This document shows positions 60,201 to 64,000 of a stretch of DNA of 64,000 bases, piece by piece. Source of the stretch: Candidatus Versatilivorator sp. Lineage in GTDB: Bacteria > Acidobacteriota > Terriglobia > Versatilivoradales > Versatilivoraceae. The stretch covers positions 1,952,001-2,016,000 of the forward strand of contig OZ242296.1 in assembly GCA_965207735.1 (NCBI GenBank). Reading direction: 5' to 3'. A program made the position numbers and the translations under genes. The notes beneath the pieces are model-generated. The model made no database searches and was not told where the DNA came from. It saw nothing but the letters and a program-made list of their open reading frames with translations. Position 1 is the stretch's first letter. Every line of letters starts with the position of its first letter.

Positions 60201-61000
60201 CCCTGCGGCGTTGTGGCAGGGTTCGACAGTGAAAACTCGGTGCCTCCCTCAGTTCCGGCGTCCCACGGGTACAGGTTGACCGTCAGCGACGCCATCCATT
60301 CCCCCTGCTCATCCAGAAGGGACAGCCCGGAGACCCCCACGAACCAGTCCGGGCTCGGAGCGATCATGGTGAGCAGGGTGACCCGGGGATGATCGGTGGT
60401 GAGCATGACGCTGTCGATGGTGGACGAGCCTGTGGGCCGGATGTTGCCGCTGCCCAGCAGGACAGCGAGCGCATCAGGCGCGGCTGCCCTGACTTCGTTC
60501 GCCAGGGTGCTCGTCCCCCCCAGTTCCGCCATGAACTCGACCCCGGCGGTGGCCCTGCCGCCCTCCCTCAGGAAAGTCACGCCGGCATTGTGCACCCCTC
60601 CGATCAACCTGGTGAAATGCGCACTGCCTGGAAGGCCGCCGGAGGTGACGGCGGTGGTCCATAATCCCCGGAAGGTCACGCTGTAGGTGGCTTCCGAGTG
60701 AACCTCAACCGCCGGATCGCTCTCCGGCGGATCCAGCCACATATTGAACAGCGCATCGGCCTGACCCTCATCCGCGATCGCCGCCGCTGCATCGAATGGA
60801 TCCGACGCTGCCAGGCCCAGGGATGCAAGGCACGCCAGGATCAGGGTGGAGAGAGTTCGCCGCAACGGTCCGGCCCCATCCCGCCACCAAGAGTCGATCG
60901 GGGTGACCAGCAGCCGGAGGGTCGATTGCAGCCCCTTTGCCCGGACAACGATGAGGGAACGTGGGGGTAATGAGCTCGGGTACTCGGTTTTTTTGTCCAT
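57284..61000 (-). CDS. Large secreted protein: Spondin_N domain + PQQ-type sugar dehydrogenase beta-propeller + conserved C-terminal module
   Basis: MIAPSPDWFVG...YPWDAGTE (spondin); HGGCRLRFGPEG, GHRNVQG, EHGP and DEIN (GSDH family); start uncertain (61000 or 61162). Confidence 0.85.
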   Translation of the reverse strand: MDKKTEYPSSLPPRSLIVVRAKGLQSTLRLLVTPIDSWWRDGAGPLRRTLSTLILACLASLGLAASDPFDAAAAIADEGQADALFNMWLDPPESDPAVEVHSEATYSVTFRGLWTTAVTSGGLPGSAHFTRLIGGVHNAGVTFLREGGRATAGVEFMAELGGTSTLANEVRAAAPDALAVLLGSGNIRPTGSSTIDSVMLTTDHPRVTLLTMIAPSPDWFVGVSGLSLLDEQGEWMASLTVNLYPWDAGTEGGTEFSLSNPATTPQGVITSIRGMGKFSNEPIATLTFTLQSVETAEIAPELLVSTLVSGLTIPWDLDFTPDGTMLFTEKRGVLSSRGADGTIRRVNAEMGDLFAVGETGLMGIVVDPDFASNRRFYTCQGHVGPEVQVIAWTMNAVYTAATRVADPLVGGIPATSGRHGGCRLRFGPEGYLWIGTGDAASGRIPQDLTSLGGKVLRVDPATGAGADTNPLAPSRVYSYGHRNVQGLALRPGTSQMWGVEHGPRVDDEINLLVAGGNYGWDPVPGYNESVPMTDRAKFPDAVEAKWSSGSPTVAVSGGIFLEGRQWGVWEGRLAVATLRDSRLRLFEFTPEGDFVGQVIVSELDRSYGRLRTPMMGPDGALYVTTSNGGGRDLILRVASEEATEEVGDDPPELTEADLEGKRLTLNLTGEDGAARTFELQFGDGNRFEQTESGDASRSGTYTYEKTGLHMGTVRLDYDDGASCEIRLSFTESELGRFAYDCGDEGPAEGSFRLTTGSLFVPVILSSAGRNQSFFTSELTLTNRGDEEVELNFTYTSRDEPEKRSGEASDMLSAGRQKIEIDALDYLRGLGVPIPETGNQLGTLRVEVPLGSEVEAVVRTATLVPDGKAGLAYLGVAEEEGFTEAVYLSGLRQNSQDRSNVAFQNMGSPGEGAIILRTTVYSGEAGDATARELDDVALEPGGFHQYSGLLGSVESGYVKVERVEGEAPFYAYGVINDQVNSDGSFVFPVTASSLEGKMAQTLPVIVETSEFRSELTVTNFSQEPRTLNLEFVSEQIKGEDKRVGFSMELEAGEQQIVPELVEELRREEMAKLGRSRGFYLGPLFVTAEEGDLSGIVIGARTGSQGGGGQYSVFYNAVPEGEAFEKEAWVNGLQQNEENRSNLALVNTGEVDESESVFHLEIYNGETGLLEETVVTKPIPARGWHQINRVLLRANPETRQGYIRIEKVSGENPFLAYGVVNDGGAPGQRSGDGAYLPARK

Positions 61001-61199
61001 ACTCAATCTAGATTTCTCGAGTCGAAACAACGTTGCCAAATAAACTAGCCTGGCCACCCTGCCGGGCAGATTATTCGAGGGAAAACGGTCGATCGTCAAT
61101 AAAGACGCACCACGAATGAACACGAATATACACGAATACAGATGGACTTCCTTCAACGACATGCAACACCAAAATGCTTCTGCAAGATTGTTACTTTGG

Positions 61200-63194
61200 G
61201 TAGAGTCGAGGGGAGGCGCGCCGGCCTTAGATCGAGGGAGTCGCTGTTGCCGGCGGCTTTCGCCACTCGCCGGTGCCTCAATCTCGTTCCTCGCTGCGTT
61301 TCCTCGCCCCCGCTCGTCAAACCGGACGTGCGGTTTTCCCGCATCCGGCTTTCAGTCAAGATCATGCCTTCGCCCTCGGAAGGCTCTGTGGCTTCGACCC
61401 CAGGCAAGTGAGTCCATAGGTTTTCCATAGTCTCTCGTCCGAGAAGCGCACACTCCCCCCGGTCCTCACCTTGTGCTTCCGACAGAGCCACTGACGCAGC
61501 CGCCCGCCCGCGTGGCGGTCGATCGCTCGGTAGGCCGGGCTCACCTGCCCCAGAACGAAGTAGTTCGCCCACCCGGTCATCGCCCGGTTCAGGTGTTCTA
61601 CCATCTGTCCTCGAAGCAGCGTCCCGTTCCTCGGCGCCGTCCACTCGCTGATCTTGCGGCAGATGCTCTGGACGCTCGCCTGGCTGGGTCGTGTGCCGAT
61701 GTAGGCTCCTTTCCCTTTGGGGCGATAGTTGCGTCCGATGCGATATCCCAGAAACCCCATCGGTTCCTCCGGACACCGCAAGCATCGGGTCTTCCGCTCG
61801 TTGACCGGTAGCTTCAGCTCCTCCATGATCCGCTTGACCGCCGTCAGCATCTCTGCCGCCGGTGCCCTGCCGAGTACACGGAAGTCATCCGCATAGTTGA
61901 CGATCTCCGCACAGAAGCGCCGGGCATATCCCAGCACCTTCCAGCCCAAAACGAAGCGCCGCATGTAGAGATTGCTGAGCAACGGTGAGATCGGGGCTCC
62001 TTGCGGTGTCCCCTTCCGCTCCCGGCGCCCTCGGTTCCGGCGGCGTCTGCCACCCTTCCCGTCGTCCTCCTCCACCGGCATCTCCAGCCATGCCTTGATG
62101 AGCTTGAGCATCCTCCCGTCACTCACGCGCCGGGCAATGCTTCGAATCAGCTCCGCATGCGGAATCTCGCCGAAGTAGTTGGACAGGTCGCCGTCAACCA
62201 CCTCCTGGTAACCCCTTTGCAGGAGTTCATGCACGCGTTTGACCGCGTCGTTGGCACTCCGCCCCCGCCGATAGCCATATTGCTCCGGTTGCAGGTCCGC
62301 TTCGAAGATCGGCTCCAACACCAGCAAAGCCGCCGTCTGCGCTACCCGGTCCCGTATGCAGGGTATGCCCAAAGGCCGGAACTTGCCGGGCTGTTTCTTC
62401 GGGATCAGCACCTGCCGCACCGGCTTCGGTACGTAGGTTCCTTCCCTCAGGTCCCGCGCCAGTTCCCCCAGCCAGCCCTCCACCCCATACGCCTCGATGT
62501 CCTTGAAGCCCTCCCCGTCCACCCCGGCCGACCCGCCGTTTCGGCGTACCTGTGCCCAGGCTTCCTTCAGAAAGTCCTCTCGCCACACCTTGTCCGACAG
62601 CGCATGAAACCGCCGCTTGGGGTCCTCCTTCGCTTTCGCATGTAGCATGGTCTGGAATTTCCGAACCCCCTCTGACCCTGTTAGACTCTTGTCAGTGGCC
62701 ACGCCTTGCCTCCTTTCCATGCTGCTCTCAACTCAGGGTCCCTTCCCTCCACCGGCGTTACCCGGCTTCTCCGGTACTACCGACCCATCCGCCACCCTGA
62801 CGGCCCGGCCTGCCCCTCGCGGGGTCCCGGTTGATGTGTGCCGCATCTCCCCCAGGGCTTCCCGTGTTGCTGCCTTCTTCCCCTTCCATGCGTGCCAGCG
62901 TCACTACCCCGACGGAAGCGGATCGGTGCCCGCGTCGCTCTCTTCCCCATCCGCCAACGGCCTTCCCCTAAAGACAGGAGGGTCGGCTTCCGTATTGTCC
63001 GTTTCGAGGCCTGCTCGACGTTCACTCGCGTTCCGGCCCGCATGCTCGCTGAGCCGCCCTTGGCGGCCCTTGACCCCAGAGTGCTTCAGACCATTTCGTT
63101 ACCTCCATGATCCGCCCTGGCTGCTACCAACCGGAGCGACAGTTGTTGGGCGGGGTTCGCACCCGCCAGAAGAAGGCGCCTTTCCACGGCGCAC
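61200..63194 (-). mobile_element. Group II intron (about 1995 nt)
   Basis: 5' GTGCG at 63194; domain V AGCCGGATGCGGGAAAACCGCACGTCCGGTTT at about 61319-61350; 3' end ...GACTCTAC at 61200; internal RT ORF. Confidence 0.9.
61362..62720 (-). CDS. ltrA: Group II intron reverse transcriptase/maturase without endonuclease domain
   Basis: RPLGIPCIRDR, GTPQGAPISPLL, YADD, FLGY and GWANYF (domain X) motifs; true start may be GTG 62702. Confidence 0.93.
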   Translation of the reverse strand: MERRQGVATDKSLTGSEGVRKFQTMLHAKAKEDPKRRFHALSDKVWREDFLKEAWAQVRRNGGSAGVDGEGFKDIEAYGVEGWLGELARDLREGTYVPKPVRQVLIPKKQPGKFRPLGIPCIRDRVAQTAALLVLEPIFEADLQPEQYGYRRGRSANDAVKRVHELLQRGYQEVVDGDLSNYFGEIPHAELIRSIARRVSDGRMLKLIKAWLEMPVEEDDGKGGRRRRNRGRRERKGTPQGAPISPLLSNLYMRRFVLGWKVLGYARRFCAEIVNYADDFRVLGRAPAAEMLTAVKRIMEELKLPVNERKTRCLRCPEEPMGFLGYRIGRNYRPKGKGAYIGTRPSQASVQSICRKISEWTAPRNGTLLRGQMVEHLNRAMTGWANYFVLGQVSPAYRAIDRHAGGRLRQWLCRKHKVRTGGSVRFSDERLWKTYGLTCLGSKPQSLPRAKA

Positions 63195-63277
63195 TATCAC
63201 TTCGTGGATAGCTCTTTTTACCCCGGGCCCGACCCCGATTGTGCATGCCGAACATGGTTTACGCCTTACCCCCCAAC

Positions 63278-63357
63278 GTAGAGGCAACCCTTGTGGTTGC
63301 CTGCGGCGTGGTTGCCCGGCGATTCCCGGATTGGGCGCCCACAAGGGGCGCCCTTAC
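63278..63357. repeat. GTAG-type REP pair (REPIN-like)
   Basis: GTAGAGGCAACCCTTGTGGTTGCC and the inverted GGGCGCCCACAAGGGGCGCCCTTAC. Confidence 0.65.
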
Positions 63358-63390
63358 GGTTGCGTGCAGGACGACAATAGCGACCGTCCG

Positions 63391-64000
63391 CTACTCCCTC
63401 GCCGGCAGGTAGGCCCCGTCGCCGCTCCTCTGTCCCGGAGCCCCGCCGTCGTTGACCACCCCATAGGCCAGAAACGGGTTCTCCCCCGACACCTTCTCGA
63501 TCCGGATATACCCCTGCCGGGTCTCCGAAGAAGCTCTGCCCAGGATCCCGTTGATCTGATACCAGCTCCGCGCCGGGATCGGCCTGGTCACCACCGTCTC
63601 GGCCAGCATCCCTGTCTCCCCGTTGTAGATCTCCAGGTGGAAGACGCTCTCACTGCCGTCCACCTCTCCCGTGTTCACCAGCGCCAGGTTGCTGCGGTTC
63701 TCCTGGTTCTGCTGCAATCCCTCCACCCAGGCCTCCTCGGTGAAACCCTCACCCTGCGGCACCGCGTTGTAGAAGACGCTGTATTGCCCGCCCCCTCCCT
63801 TTGAACCTGTCCTGGCTCCGATCACCACCCCGCTCAGGTCTCCCTCTTCGGCCACCACGAACAACGGCCCCGCGTAGAAGCCCCGCGTCGTACCCAGCCC
63901 CGCCACTCCCTGTCGCCGCAACTCCTCCACCACCTCGGGCACGATCGCCTGCTCGCCCCCTTCCAGCTCCATGCTGAAAGCAGCCGTCTTGTCGTCGGTC
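63391..64000 (-). CDS. 3' part of a paralogous secreted protein with the same C-terminal module as 57284..61000 (runs off the window)
   Basis: Ends ...GENPFLAYGVVNDGGAPGQRSGDGAYLPARE, nearly identical to the end of 57284..61000. Confidence 0.88.
   Translation of the reverse strand, partial: TDDKTAAFSMELEGGEQAIVPEVVEELRRQGVAGLGTTRGFYAGPLFVVAEEGDLSGVVIGARTGSKGGGGQYSVFYNAVPQGEGFTEEAWVEGLQQNQENRSNLALVNTGEVDGSESVFHLEIYNGETGMLAETVVTRPIPARSWYQINGILGRASSETRQGYIRIEKVSGENPFLAYGVVNDGGAPGQRSGDGAYLPARE

Noticed and set aside
61362-62720. RT as retron, DGR or defence RT
   Set aside because: It has domain X and is flanked by a GTGCG 5' end, domain V and domain VI, so it is a group II intron protein
1-64000. 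CRISPR array
   Set aside because: No regularly spaced identical repeats with unique spacers and no cas genes; the repeats seen are palindromic or low-complexity
57284-64000. Duplicated 3' ends flanking an RT as a DGR template/variable repeat pair
   Set aside because: Both copies are coding ends of paralogs over 600 bp, the differences do not look adenine-specific by eye, and the RT is intron-type

Overview
High-GC bacterial chromosomal window. Gene content and the large secreted proteins suggest an Acidobacteriota-like organism, possibly a marine sponge symbiont (inference). It holds a conserved housekeeping block (alr-dnaB-rplI-rpsR-rpsF-pth-rplY-prs-tRNA-Gln-ispE-TPR-purH, plus selA), several small-molecule catabolic clusters, and feoAB with a ferritin-like gene. 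Mobile DNA includes a 243-bp MITE in two full copies, a ~4.2-kb tyrosine-integrase element, a group II intron and several families of dispersed intergenic repeats. The most striking locus is at 14.3-19.0 kb, between feoAB and the ferritin-like gene. There a probably secreted protein ending in ~70 Gly-Asp dipeptides plus a 29-Asp run lies directly upstream of an Asp/Asn beta-hydroxylase-family gene, which converges on an (alpha/alpha)-toroid-like protein. This is a candidate system for post-translational modification of a ribosomal poly-acidic tail (metal chelation or mineral binding). Second, both the integrase element and the group II intron can be shown from the sequence to have inserted inside copies of dispersed host repeats. 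All product calls come from motif recognition by eye; no database searches were run.
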